Shown here: positions 25,082-39,604 of the stretch, one piece after another
Position numbering within the stretch: position 1 is the first letter of the stretch
Layout: each line of letters begins with the position of its first letter
The notes under the pieces: generated by a model
What the model was told of the DNA's origin: nothing
Seen by the model: only the letters and a program-made list of their open reading frames with translations
Database searches by the model: none
Translations under genes and position numbers: made by a program
Source: Rhizophagus irregularis
Lineage: Eukaryota
Direction of reading: 5' to 3'
Assembly (NCBI RefSeq): GCF_026210795.1
Contig: NC_089434.1
Span: 4,774,001 to 4,838,000 of the forward strand
DNA: 64,000 bases

Positions 25082-28000
25082 GTAATACATATATACAGTA
25101 AGTAAGTAAGGTAATTATAATGAAAGTAATATTTATTTTATATATAATAGGATTAGTATAAATATTATATTATAAAGAGATAATTGTTATAATAAAAATA
25201 TTTCTTTAATTTATAAAGACTTTTAATATTATATTGTAAAGGAATAGTTAAGAGAAAAATATTTCTTTTATTTATATTTATATTTATTAGTTTATGTAAT
25301 TTTTAAAATATATAAATACAAGTTGATTTTGAATTTAAGTTCAATACCATTACTTTATAAAATAATAAAATAAAATAATAAATACTTTTTTTTAATTATA
25401 AATTTTGATTCTTTTATTTTACCTTTTTTTTTATAATAAAAATGTGCCTCTTTAATTATTAATTTAATTAAACCAGGAATAAAATATATTAGAAAAATTC
25501 TCACATTTTATTTATTTGTAAAAAAAAGTAATAATAATTACTTTATGAAATAATAAAAGGTTAAAGGAAAATTATGTTTTTGAATAAAATAATAATAATA
25601 AAAGTTTCTTTGTAAAACAAAAAAGAGATATTATAAATAAGAAAAGTGATAATTAAGAAATATTATAATTAAGAGATGTAAATGTTTAAACTAAGTAAAA
25701 CAAAAGTATATTAAGTTAAATAATTTTGTTATATCAAATGGCAGATGATAGTAATAACATTATTAAAAGTTAAGTAAGATTTGTTATATTAAATATTTAG
25801 AAAAGATTCTTAATTAATAAAAGTTATAAAAGTTGTATCAGAATATTTACAAAGTTATAAAATATGAAACAGTGAAAGAATTCATAAAAGGGAAAAATTT
25901 TTAATAAAAGTTTTTGATAAAAATATTTTGGTAAATCAGGAATTATTATTATAAAATAAGTTATTGATATAAAAGATTAAAATATATTAAAAATGTAGTT
26001 CTGCCCAAGTTTATAGTACCGGCCAGATTTACCAAATGTACTGTATTTTAGTGTGAATATTGTGTAAATCTTGTACTAATTCGGTTACAATTACTTTGAT
26101 GGAAACAATAAATTTCCATATATGGAGTCTTCACTCGGACAAATTTTAATCTTTACTACGATTTATAACGGTAATCCGGATTTCACCGGGACCTGACATT
26201 ACTGAACGGGTACTTTCGTTAGGTGGGCGTAAACACTAATTAAAGTTACGTTTAAAAGAAATACCTTGTTTATTATTATATAAAAATATTTAAGACATGA
26301 GAGTTACACCTAATAATATATGAGGAGATGATCATTTTCATTCAGATGCGCGAACGATTGGTAACTGTAGAATAGATTTTTGTTCATACTATAATAAGTG
26401 TGAGTGGTCTTAAAGTTAAATGATTAATAATTTTTACAAAACTGATTAACACACATAATTCAATAACTTATACGAATAGAGAATGATATATACGATAACT
26501 GAATACAACATCTATCTGATATGTACAGTAACAGCAGTACAGTAAATAAAAGAGTTTATGTTTGGGGAGTTTGTCAAACATAATAAAAAAAATTCTCACG
26601 ATATTGTTGTTAATTACATGAACTATATCCAAACAATTATATTGATTGTTTATTTTTTCATCGTATGATTTGAAAAATCAAATGTTAGAAATGTTAGAAG
26701 AAGCATAATTCTATCATACTGTAAGGAGATAAAGAATATTTTTCCTTTATGGGAAAATTATTATAACTACAGATATAATTGTATCACAAGTTTGTTTTTC
26801 AATTCACATACGTCCTAATCGGTGTCACGACACCCAAAGTTTCTATAATCAGTAGAACAAATCAATTTTTTTTTTTATTTCAACAAACTTTTATTCACCG
26901 AAAAAAAATGCTGGTGCTTTTTTTTTTGTTAGACATCGCATTTTGTAAACAAATAATTAATACTTTTTTGATTTGTTTCAAAAAGACGAATTTGAGTTAT
27001 CAATTGTATGTGATCTACCTGTGTGACAAAAAAATGTAGGGCGATAGACAATCGTAATTATAAATGAGAAGAAAATTTCGAATTTCGCGATACAACTTCT
27101 AAAATTCTTTTTTTAACAAAAACCTTTTATAAAAATAGGAATTTAATAATAATTTACCTAAATTTACTTATTTGTGTTGATCATTCATTTATTAACTTTA
27201 CTTGGGACTTTATTATTTTTTTTAAAAAAAATAAATTTAAACAATAACAAAGGATGGATGGCAGATAAGATAAATAAACGCCAATATGCATCCATTGGAA
27301 TTTTCGAATGTAACATATTTTTTTAGAATTATTTATTTGAAAATCAATAATAACTGATAACGATAATAAAATTTAAAGTTCTCCTTCTCACGATATTTTT
27401 TTTTTGTGCATGTGAAATAATTTGTAATATTAGAAATATATTTTTTGTAATGTTTCACATATGTTTGATTCATTATTTAATTCTGTATTTGATTAAAAGA
27501 TTAAAAAAATAAAAATACAATCTTATAATAACGACTACAAAAATAGTCTTTTTGATCCATGTTCTTTGTTCTTTTTACAGAACTTTAATTATATAATATT
27601 ATTTCGTTCGATATTATTGTTCTCCTTTGCATAATTGCGGAACTCCGTAAACGATAAGGTTTTATTATAATTTATTACAATCAATATATGTAATTTAGAA
27701 TTTCTTTATTATTGAAATCACGCGTTTATATTGGAAAATTCTATCACGCTCTGGAATTTCAAAATCTTTCTTAAACGAAAATAAAAAAAATAATAGTTTG
27801 GATAATAGTTTGGTCCTTTTGGAGATGATTGGTACTATTATTAAAAAAAACATAATTATTAATTAGTAACCAATAACCTTTTAACAAAAATTACTGCAAC
27901 TCTCTAAATAATAATAATATTCAAAGATTACAAATCAAAAATTCGTTATCTGATTTATCAATTTATTTACAACTTAATAAACTTGTAATTCAGGGGGAAC

Positions 28001-31000
28001 TTCCATATATGGAATTTATAGAACAAAATAAAATAACGAAACTATAACATTATATTATGAACCTTAAATTTTAATATAATCCCTTTTTAAATAATTTAAA
28101 ATATTTAATCCCTGAATAATTATTTTAATTATTTCCATTTTTTTTTAGTCGAAAATTAAGTTAATCAATGAAATCAATTTTGAAACGGAATGTATTTGTA
28201 ACGAAGTACTAAAAAAAATTTTTAATAATCAAATTAAAAAAAAAAAAATAGAAACATATCACGAAATCTAATTCAATGCCGTAAATCATTGGTTATTTAC
28301 GATTAAGATCAACTCCAATATGATCAATATATGATTGAATAATGATAACTGATAACTTTCGATAATTCATGATTTTATTTGCATATATAATTATTAATCA
28401 AATGACAATATATTGACTTTTTCGTTAAACTTAAAACTTTTATCATATGCTTATGATGTTTCAAAGCATCATGTCCTTTGTTCAAGATTTTCATTTTAGT
28501 AATTCGTTAATTCGTGGAATAACCAAAAAGATCGCTGATCGACATGTTTTTTATACATCAATAAAAATAGATAATATAAATATTTGGTGGGAAATTTCAC
28601 CCTGCTCAGGATCTGCAAAGGATCCAAATATGGTTTAGTAAGAAAATAATTATCAGCCACGTAATTTTTTGTTTTAAAATTAAAATATTAAAATATTGTA
28701 TGTAATATATTTATATAATTTATTTATTTTTATAAATTAATAAATTATATTCATTTATATGCCCTTGAATAAATTTTACGATAATTCATTCATTCATTAT
28801 ACAGTACACTTTAAAATATTTTACTTTTTTTACGTTAATTATTTCCGTATCTTCGTATCCATCCGTATCATTCAAACAATAATTATGTATGAAATTAAAC
28901 ACACGCATTATCTTTCTTTGAAAGGAACATAGAGGGCGTTATTATTTTGATTAATTTAGATTACAGGCTAAATGATTTCATATTTGTTTTTCTTAGTTGT
29001 TTTCATCTCATGATTTACACAAAGATGTTGAAATGGCGCGATATTTCTTTATTTATTTATAATATTTATAATTCATTTCTGTGATTTCCGCGATTTTCCG
29101 CGATTTGAAATGTTACGCGTTGTTCTTCCTTTTAATTAAGTTTTTTTGATTTGTAATATGTATCCTTATTCGTTTCATTTGTTCTTTTTATGGTTTGTAT
29201 GATGCTGCGCAAGGTTTAAAAATTAAATATAAAAGCAACCATAAAACAGTCCCGGTCAAAATAAGAATATGAAAAGATATTCAAAAAAAAACTTAAGATA
29301 TTAATTATGATCTTATTTCATTAACAAAATTAACAAAAAAAAAAAAATATTCCCCCAAACCCTCAAAACCGACTTCAAAAATTTCTAACCGTCCTTACCG
29401 TCCTCAAACCGCCATCAATACCGCCCATCAAAACCGCCATCAAAACCGTTCTCAAAACCCGTTCCCCCCCGAAAAAAAAAGAAAAAAGAAAAAAAAAAAT
29501 CATGGTTAGTTAAGATGAATTAATTAAAATGAATTTATCCAAATTACAACTCTCAACTAATTTAATCTTTTTGCAATCTATAGCATACGAAGTAACTTAC
29601 TTCAATTCTTTTCCGTTTTCGTTTCACTTTTTAAAAAATTTTATCCAAAAATAAGCTTATAAATTGTCTCTTTTTTTATATGTAAAAATAAATTATAAAT
29701 CAAATAAATATATGATTTTATTATAAAATGTAATGAATGTGACGTTCTTATCCATTGCTGTGCCATTATCTTGATTACGAAATTAAGATCATCCTAAAAT
29801 TATTATTTAAATTTAGGTACAATATCTGCTGCGCCATCTTATAAAACTAAATATTAAAAATCAAACCGATGATTAAAATTTTAAATATAATTTCATCATG
29901 ACATACTCAAAAACTAACATTCCCCTTATTCATGTTAACCTAAAAATACAAACCTAATCGTCGAATTTCCTCGAAATTTTGTAGCAACAATATCTGATTC
30001 CTAAATCCATTTACCATCAATTGTCAATGCGAAAAATATAAATGTAAAAATTAATTCTTATCAAAATAGTTTCGACCTTTGCAACAACCTTTTAGAAAAT
30101 AAAAAAAATTCAACTAATAAAAATAAATGTGTAAGAAGGGTTTCTTTTTAATTTTCTTTCTATTTTAGAATTCAAAAGTTGTGACGTAAGAAATTACAAG
30201 AACATTTCTTCAAATACTTTCGAAGTTATATCTAAGAATTTGATGATATGGCGTGTTTGTGTGTCTTATGGTCACTAATATATTCAATATTAAATTAAGC
30301 GAAACTTAAATTTCAAAATTCTACGTAATATTACTAAGTACAAAAAAAAAAAAGATTTTAAATTACACTATGATTATCTCTACCTATCAATGGTAGTGAT
30401 TTTTGTTGTTATGAAAAATTATAATTATTGGTTAAATAAAATAAATCGTGGTTAATCGGTTAATCGGTTAATCGAATTCTATCGAATTCTTAAATATAAA
30501 ATGTATAAATTGTTATCAGAATTATTTGCTACTATCATATCATATTCTTCTTTGTTTTAAAATATCTTTTTTTTTTTGTCCAACGATTCTTGCCATCGCA
30601 AAATCTTAGTATAATATATTTCAAGTCGCCTGTCATATTATTAGTTCATTTGTCGTTACGGTACTACATCGTTTATTGTTAAAGTTACAAAAAACTGAAT
30701 TCAGGAACAATGAATAAACATATAAAAAATTTAATTGATTAGGAACATGATTATTTATCTTATTTTATATAACAGGGTATGCTCCCTTTCTAAATTTTCG
30801 TTTCATTTTTTTATTTGTGTAAACCCTAGTTATTAGGCATAAAAATTATTAAGTTTAATTTTGATCAATTTTTAGTAAATATTTACTGTATATCATCAGT
30901 CTTTTTAAAAAGAAAGAGGTCTATTGTTCCATTTTAAAACATTGATTTTTCATCTCTAAATATTCTATTTCGACTCAGGATCAATTCAGAAGAATCAATT

Positions 31001-31698
31001 CAGGTTTTTTGCAGCTACACAGCATCCCTATTTTCCTTTAAAAATTAAGATGGCTTGATTATTCTCAACCAGTTTATTTATTTGATTTATGGTTGAAAAT
31101 GGTTTGATTAGGGGTCTAGATTTCTCAATTGTTTACTTTATTCTTTAATCTATATTGTAATACAAAGAGATTGCGAAATAAAATTGGGGAGAAAAATTAT
31201 TTCACAACTAAGAATTCTTGAATTTTTACCTTGTTAAAGGCTTTTCTGCTTCTGAGAAAAACAAAAAGCCGATCATATGATAATGTCAATGCGTGAAATC
31301 GTGAATATCAACAAGAAATAAAAAAAGGTTGAGAATTCATTTAGCTTATGGACTTTTCGTGACCGGGTAATTTATTTTCCCGGATATCCATTAAATATCC
31401 GGATTTTGACAGGAATCCGGATAAATTTAAATCCACCATTATTAGTAGTGGCGCAACAATTACGATCCTGATCGAAATACTATCTATATGGAGTATGGAC
31501 AGTAATGGACTCAATTTTTTTATTAAAGTTGTACATAATTACTAATTTATGATTTAAATCTATTGAATTTTTATTAATATTATTTTTACGTTTTTTTATA
31601 CTTCGTTTTTTTAAGTCATCTTTTGAGTGAAAGTGGAAAATTTATAGAAGGTTAAAAAAAAGTTGCATACGCGTCACGCGTCACGTCTAATGAATTTT

Positions 31699-32142
31699 GC
31701 ACGTCTGAAATGTGTGTCAGGTTGACGGCGCAGTGTGGCGCAGTAATTCAAAAAAATCTAAGTTGAAGATTTTCTTTTTAATGTAATGCTTTCAAATTTA
31801 CACATTAGATGTATTTTCATCTGTTTTACAAAATTCACTTATAAACGGAAGGAGGTTTTGGACGTAGATTTTGACTTTAGTATATAACAACTGATTTTAT
31901 CGTCTTTGCCGATCATTTCCAAAATTGGATTTGTCAAAAAAACGGTTTTTGTTAAATAACTCGAAAATAGCCTTCTAAACCGCCCGTATATACTCTAAGT
32001 AAATTTGCAAAGCGGACGAAAATACATCTAGTGCAGTAATTTAAAGGTTTTATTTTAAATAAAAAAAATTGCAATTTAATTTTTTTTGGAAAAATCGCTG
32101 CGCCACACTGCGCCGTCAACCTGACACACATTTCAGATGTGC
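31699..32142. mobile_element. Mutator (MULE)-type MITE
   Basis: ~45-bp TIR gcacgtctgaaatgtgtgtcaggttgacggcgcagtgtggcgcag; 9-bp TSD atgaatttt. Confidence 0.9.
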
Positions 32143-33499
32143 ATGAATTTTACTAATTCACGACTTCGCGCAATTTGTTATTACAAAGTATTATAGTATT
32201 ACACGTGGGTTAAAGTCAGTTACGTATTAAGTCAGTTACGTGCTTTTCCTTTTACAGTTACGAATCAAAACAATCTAAAATTCTTCACAACAAAACACGA
32301 TAATTCCAACAAGATACGAAACACGATCCTAATTCAGTAACTTGCAATTTTGTATATAAATAGAGGTCTTGGTCTAAACAGTGGTTAACTTTTAAACTTA
32401 AAACTTTATCGAAAAAATTTTTTTTCACAACTACCCGCACAACAATACATTTTTTTCACAACTACTCGCTCAACTATACATTCTTTTCGCACAACTATAC
32501 AAAGTTGAATAGAAGAATCATTTTTGATGCGCGCTATTTTCAAGGTAATTTATGATAAAAAATTATGACTTCTTTTGTAATTTGATAAAAAACTATTTAC
32601 TAAAAGATCAATGACTTCTTCTTCTTTTGTTAGAATTGCTCGGGTCTACAAAAAAAAAATATCGGCGCACCTCCTACTCATGAGACAAATCTTTCTATAC
32701 TTGACTTGGAATTAGCCCGATAGCTTTTCAGCTTTATGGGTTACAAGTACAGATAGATTTGATCGTTAAGAAAAAATCGCCTATCATTGCTCCGGTTAAT
32801 AAAATGGTGTGGGAAGAGGAGAAAATCAGAGAGAAAGAAACCGGAAGGCACAATTAAAAAAAGATTTAATGTTGGCAGGCGCCTATAAAAATCTTACGGT
32901 CACGTGAGATTGCAAAGATAAAATCTCAACTCGCCAAAACCTACTACAGTGCATAATAACAAAATTTCTTTAACTCCTGGAGTAGGCCTGATGAGAAGCT
33001 TCATATAAATGTTGAAACTAAAGAACTGCCAACAAGGTCTAGCTTCCATGTTTTAGAAGGACTGTCTTGTTTTGATTCATCAATAAGCGCATTCCGCTCG
33101 CCTACATTTTATTTTCTTTTAATATATCTTCTTTTAATTGTATTTTCTGTTTTCTTTCCCTCTGATTTTCTTCATCTTCCTCCTCGATTTTTTTTTCTCA
33201 AGATGAAAATGATTTTTTTTTTAATTTTACTGTACTTGTATTTTTATTTTAAACTCTTTTTTCGAAATAAATTTATACCTATTATGATATTATCAGAGTT
33301 TAAATTATTATACTTGATATGAATTTTGTCGAACCTGTATAAGATCTTTAGAAGAAGCAAAAAAAAATATGAATGAAGAATAAATCTGCTATAAAACGTT
33401 AATTATTTGTATTATCCATAAGAAAAAGTTGGTTCGGGCCCTCAGTTTCCACTAATGACCTTTTTATTTGTAACACAGATATTCTGATCAACGAAAAAC

Positions 33500-35315
33500 C
33501 AAAAAATTTAAATCGTTGTATTCCACTTAATCTAGTTTCTTCCGCTATTCGCTCTTTCAACCTTTTACGCTCAAGTCTATTTAAACTAAAGTGTTTGATC
33601 AAGAGAACGAACACGGAAAGTTGCAAAATGACAAGCCAGCCACAGATTTATGAGCTGTGATGGCCTACGCAAGAGAAAGTGGAAATTGCAAGCGAGAGCA
33701 ACTTCCGGTTTTATCTTCCCACATACGTCTTATAAGAACAATAGGCCCTTCTATATTCCTAGGAGTTGGACCGTTATACAGTCAAACCTTTATATAACGA
33801 TATGTCGGGACATATATGAAATTTTTAGAAAATATCGTTATATCAAAGTTATACCGATATTTATATGTACTCACATATAGTGGGAAAATAAAATTTTATC
33901 GGTATATCAAGTTTTTAATAGTATATCGGTATATCGAATATCGGTATATCGAGGTTAGACTGTACTGTCAAATGAAATTCAGGTAACTGTTATTACCCCA
34001 TTTATAAGACCAGCAGGCATTCTGCAGGCCTTAGAAGCTTCAGATCCACTCGTATGTACCGCATGAATCTTAGCAACGGGTTGGTTTAATAATCGAAGTT
34101 TATTCAAATTTATTTTATCCACTTCAGTTCTTCCCATGTTGTTAGAACATTGATGGCATCTGAAGTTTTTCTCTCTGATTCAGGAATATTTTCTGGAATT
34201 CGCGTCATTAATAATTCCCAGTCGGATCGTGTAGACCTTCCATCACGTAAGTGATATGAGAGATTTCTGAATTGTTGTTGTTTATCCGAGTTACCTGTTG
34301 TCTTTGCAAGCCTCAAGTTTATAAATTTCTTGAAATTGACTAGACACTACGACCTTAGATAAATGATCTGATTTCGAGAGTCCTGAGAATACAATGGGAA
34401 CATCACATACCGGAGGAAGCTGCCCAAAGTCACCAACAAGAATTATGGATCGGCCAAAGGAATATTGGAGTGATCCGGAAATGCTTGCCGCGGTCGTTAA
34501 TTATAGCAAGAAAACGACGTCCTACCATACTCATTTCGATTATAAAATATTCTATATATTTTAGTTTTCTTTGGAGTCTCTTCAAAGATTCACCTTCAAG
34601 CTCAACGTTTACCCCGAATATTGGAACAGAAAGTGTGCCTTCAATGTTAACACCTGTTGGAGCAACTACCATATTGTTCTCATATAAGTTACTGTATGTT
34701 CCTTTGCGATCTCATATAACCTTCCCCGAATAGCATTAATAAGGTAAGATTTGCCGGTTCCAGCAGTACCCATGACAATAATTCTTAAAGGTACTATGGA
34801 TTCTACTCTTTCACATATTAATCTTTGTTTCTCACTTAGAGTTCTAAGGTCGATACTAGTTGTTCGTATGAACTTCGAACTGACTAGATGTTACTTGCTG
34901 AAATGATGGCAAATAGACAGACGCGTAGCTTAGATGACTTTAGTGCCCGTGATATTGATAGAAATCACGACTGGGTTAACGAAAGTTTGCTGCGATATCC
35001 TGAAATTGAAGAGGCAGAAAGCTTCATCCAGCAGGCAATTGGTCTTCCTATGGTGTGTCGTCGTCTTCTTCATCAGAATCGTTACCTTCAACTTCTTGAA
35101 TATCATCCACAGCAGGTCCAATTGAATCATTAGAGTCATCATTGATTTCTACAAGATGTTGGTTATATAAATCAATCCATGAAAGAGTGTGATTCTCTGT
35201 GAGGCTAAGAAGGTCTCTATAACGAACCATTTTGAATGGGAGATGGACGTGGCTAAATACGTACAATGTTTTCACCAGAGCATTCTACCCAGTTGCCTTT
35301 TACTAATTAATATAT
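33500..35315 (-). pseudogene. Partial second copy of HLE2 PIF1 helicase region
   Basis: Same peptides as 5335-7075 (VVAPTGVNIEG, LRDGRSTRSDWELLMTRIPENI). Contains a MITE and a 179-bp inversion. Confidence 0.88.
33779..33962. mobile_element. Tc1/mariner (pogo-like) MITE
   Basis: TA|cagtcaaacc ... ggttagactg|TA; absent from copy 1 at ~5640. Confidence 0.85.
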
Positions 35316-35434
35316 TGTAATTATAATCTATAGATATAATTTAATATATAATATAAAAAAAATTAAAAAAACTATTTAAAGGACAGTATAATATTTTTTA
35401 TTTTATTTTTTGATTAATTTATTAATTAACAAAT

Positions 35435-37290
35435 ATGTCTGAATTATTATATAACAAAATTTATAATTTTCTTATTACTTCACCATTAAATCATATTACT
35501 TTTTTTTCTGTTATTTATCAGATAATGAAAGATGAACCTTTAATAGAAAAAGAAGAATTATATAAAATAGTAGAAAAAGCTGGTAATGAAGCATTAAAAA
35601 CTGAAAAATTTCAAAAAATGGAAGCACAAGATAAAATAAGTAATATTTTTGAACAGGTATGTTTAAAATATTATTAAAAATCAATTTATTAAATGATGAA
35701 TGGCGCATTTTTGATAAATTTTTAGACTTATAAAATTTTAGTCAATTGGGTGAATCTAATAAACATACTAGTGTTGAATTCAACTTCACACAATAAAGTA
35801 TGAAGACAAACCTGTGTACTCGTTTTATAGCTCTGTTAGTATCAGCATTCAACTCTGAGGACGCATGAGGAGTATTCAGGCTTTAATTTTATAAGTTTTA
35901 AAATTTATATGTAAAAAACAAAGTTGTTTCACTATGTATAGGCCATACAGAAATGACAACTTTGTTATAATATTCTGATAACATGAGCTCATGATATTAA
36001 AAATATATATTTTATTAATATTTTATTTACTAAAATACAATTTTTTTGCGCCAGTTTCAAATTGCTTTTGAAGGTGTTTGAAGTATTCGTGATATTGAAA
36101 TAGATAATAAAGTTCTTAATAAAGAAGAAATCAAATAATATATAAATGATTTAAAAAAAAACTTAAGATATTTGTTTTTTTAACAATTAATTTTTAATAT
36201 AAAATTATATAATTCTTTTTAAACAAATAATTCTTTATATGCTTCAGAAATACAATTAGATTTAGAAAATATAGATATTAATAAATTAACCTGGAAGAAT
36301 CCAATTGCTAGCCAAGTAATTAGTGATGATTCAGATATAATAAAAAATTTATTAATAGGAGTATATCAATTTTTTATGAAATTAGCAAAACAAATGCAAA
36401 TAGATAGTTTACCAAATATTATTCAAGAAGAATGCAATCAATTTTTAAATGATTTTAAAGAAGAAAATTTAAATTTATTATGTAATAAATATAAATATAA
36501 TAATACTTGGATAGAATCAAATGAAAAATTATGTGAAATTACAAAAGAAATTCTTAATACTTTATAAGTAAATTTTAATATTTAAAAAATATTATTTATT
36601 ATAATTATATAATTAATTTAAATTTTTAAGAGTAATATATATGAAATTGCTAATACAAAATAAAGAAACATATGTAACTAATATTATTGTTTTACTTTTA
36701 CGTGTTACATTAAAGGATCTTATAGTTGAAAATGTTAATTTACTTAGCATGTAAGTTTAATTAAATTTTTATTATAATATAAATATTAAAATAATATAAT
36801 TAATATTATTTATTTAGTGCTAAAAAACAAAGTAAAGCTAATGCAACTAGAAGAAAAAATTATAAAAAACAAGAAAAATGATCTGATATTATGTTTATGA
36901 AAAAAAAAATAAATTATTTGAATTTATATTTGTAAAATGTTTTCGTTTAATTTGTAATAATAATAAAAAAGAAAAGAATAAAATAAAATTATGGAAAGAG
37001 ATAAATAATGAATAAATTATATATATATAAAGAATAGACTTGATAAAGATAAATTTCAAAATGCATTTTAATGTTATTATTAGAGATACATTTAAAGTTA
37101 ATCATTTTTATCATTTATATTCTACTAAAATTCCAGTATAACCAACTAGTGATAAAATGCATTTATTAGAATTTATAAATGTATTATTACATATAAAAAA
37201 TATTTTAATTATTGTATTACCAATTAAATTAAAATGATTAAGAAAACAATAAAATAATTATACAATATCTACTAACATGGAAGATGATTA
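35435..37290 (+). pseudogene. Degraded multi-exon gene; C-terminal part resembles PD-(D/E)xK nuclease-fold families
   Basis: Exon MSELLYNKIYNFLITSPL.. with GT donor; later frameshifted SDIMFM..FEFIFVKCFRLIC..KIKLWKEIN. Many stops; extreme AT bias. Confidence 0.4.
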
Positions 37291-37526
37291 ATTATTATTT
37301 TTTATGTTTAATAGAATTTATTATTACAAATTTTTTTTTTTATTTTATGATTTAATGGTTATTTATTATTACAAATTATTATATATTTTTTTATTATATA
37401 ACTAAATAAAATTTATATTAAGATAATTTTTTTAATTTTTATTTTATTTTTTATTTTTAATAATAAATAATTCCATTTTATTTAATAAAATAATTAAATA
37501 TTATATATTTATCAAAGAATTATAAT

Positions 37527-37820
37527 AGGACATCGGATATCTTTTATAGAACTCACAACTGACTTTTTGCCAAAAAAGACCTAATTTGCTCTTTTTTTAT
37601 TTTCCATTTTTTGCGATTATTTCAGTATTTAGTGATTCGATTCATGCAGATTTTTTTTATTTTGTAGAACTCAATGAGAGCTACAAAACAAAAAAAAGTT
37701 CATACAAATTGGACTACTAGATGCTGAGATAATTGCAAAAAACTGATTTTTTTTTTGTAAAATTTAGGTTAATCTGCAAAAAAGTTACCACTGAGTTGTT
37801 TATGTAATATCCAGGGTCCT
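37527..37820 (+). mobile_element. Diverged (older) member of AGGACC MITE family
   Basis: aggacatcggatat ... atatccagggtcct; 8-bp TSD attataat. Confidence 0.85.
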
Positions 37821-38014
37821 ATTATAATAATATAAATTGATGTTTTTTTAATTTTATTTAAATATATTATTAATATTATTTATTATAAATAAAAAAAACT
37901 TATAATTTTTATTATATTTTTAATAATTTATTTATATTAAAATGACAATTATTATTATAAATTTATATAAATAAAAATTTATAATATTTACATAAGATTT
38001 TTCTACAAATATAT

Positions 38015-39540
38015 ACAGTCAACTCCCTCTATAGTTACTTCCGTTATAGTCACATTCTACTATATAGTCACACCAGTTGAATGTTCAAAATAGTGTTTGG
38101 AATCATATAACAGTTATTCAAATAACTCGAGTATATTCGAGTATTAGAATAAGCATAGTGGTTATTCGAGTATTCATTTAGCCAAATATAGTATAGTTAA
38201 AATTCTAATTGGACATTAAATCCTTAAATTTAACTGAGTTAAAATCATAATTCAGGCTAAAAATTATGTAAATTATTACTATAAAAAGAAATTTAACTTA
38301 TTCGAACATTATTCGAATACACTTTATAAATTTAAATGAATACTCAAGTATATTCTACTATATAGTTACACCAGTCAGGTGTTCAAAACACTTTATTATT
38401 AAAATCTATCCTATATAGTCACAATCTATCTATAGTCACTATTACACCTATCCTCAAAAATCTTATATTAAAAAGAACCGTTTATAATCACAGTTATATA
38501 AAGAATATATTAAATAACTTAGCATCTAATAATTGTACAAAGATGTATCATAGCTTGTTAGAATTGTCTCACTGAGACGAATCGAATGGTGGTAGTTTTA
38601 TCCCTTTACTGTGCAAACAGTCTTGTGACATTATCTTTTATTTATATTTTAACTTTGAAAACATGTAAGTTGAACAATATTATAAAATAAGAAAATAAAC
38701 TAATAAAAAATAAAAAAAGTAGCTTCACGATTCATACAAATAAAGAAATCTAAATTAAAATAAAATTAAAGAAAAGAAAAACTAAACTATTACAGAATCG
38801 CATACCCCAACTTTACCCAAAGGTCAGTGTAAGTCAACTATCCAACATCCAAAAATCCAGTCTGTCACCAGAAAGTTTTATCCTTTTACAATCACTGGCT
38901 GATAAGTTATTCAACAAAATGTTAAGCATCGGCATTATTATATTTCTTGATTTACGTTTACTACGCCATTTAACATTTTGCTAAATATCTCAGTACTTAG
39001 TAATTGTAAAAAGATGATTAATAGCTCATTAGAATCGCCTCATCAAGATGAATCGAATGGTGGTAAGCTTATCTCTTTGTGATCAATATTTATGGAGGTA
39101 CTACTTAAAAACTATTTAATATTTTTTAATTTCGGAAATTGATCTAGTGATTGGATTTCGATGTAGTATTTTATACCATTAGATTTGTCGCATCAAGACG
39201 AATCAAATGGTAGTAAGCTCATCTCTCTAGGATCAATATTGGCAGAGTTATTACACAAAAACTATTAATATTTTTTTAATTTCAGAAATTAATCTAGTGA
39301 TTGGATTTCGATGTATTTTATACCATTAGAACCGTCTTATCAAGACGAATCGAATGGCGGTAAGATTATCTCTCTACAATTAATATTGGAAGAGTTACGA
39401 TACAATGCATGGTGGCATTAAATAAATAATTTGTAAATATATATTAACTATACAGTCAACTCTCTTTATAGTCACACATTTGTGACAGTCTATATTTGGT
39501 GATTATAAAGAGATGTGACTATATAAAAAATTTCTTATAT
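38015..39540. mobile_element. Cluster of degenerate pogo-like (CAGTCAACTC) non-autonomous elements with internal repeats
   Basis: tacagtcaactc ends at ~38015 and ~39451; repeated tatagtcac; four copies of a ttagaatcgtct..gacgaatcgaatggtggta motif. Confidence 0.55.
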
Positions 39541-39604
39541 TAGTATATCATAATTCTGGCCAAAAATTAACATAATTTTGGCCAAAATTATACTTAAAAC
39601 TTTA

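Larger units (their letters stand above)
26195..35315. repeat. Duplicated blocks B (26195-29580) + A (29818-35315), copy 2
   Basis: Matches 16425-19510 and 2470-7075 respectively, with independent indels and insertions. Confidence 0.9.

Noticed and set aside
34888..35133. Plus-strand ORF MLLAEMMANRQ.. as a separate gene
   Set aside because: It is the inverted 179-bp piece of the helicase pseudogene.
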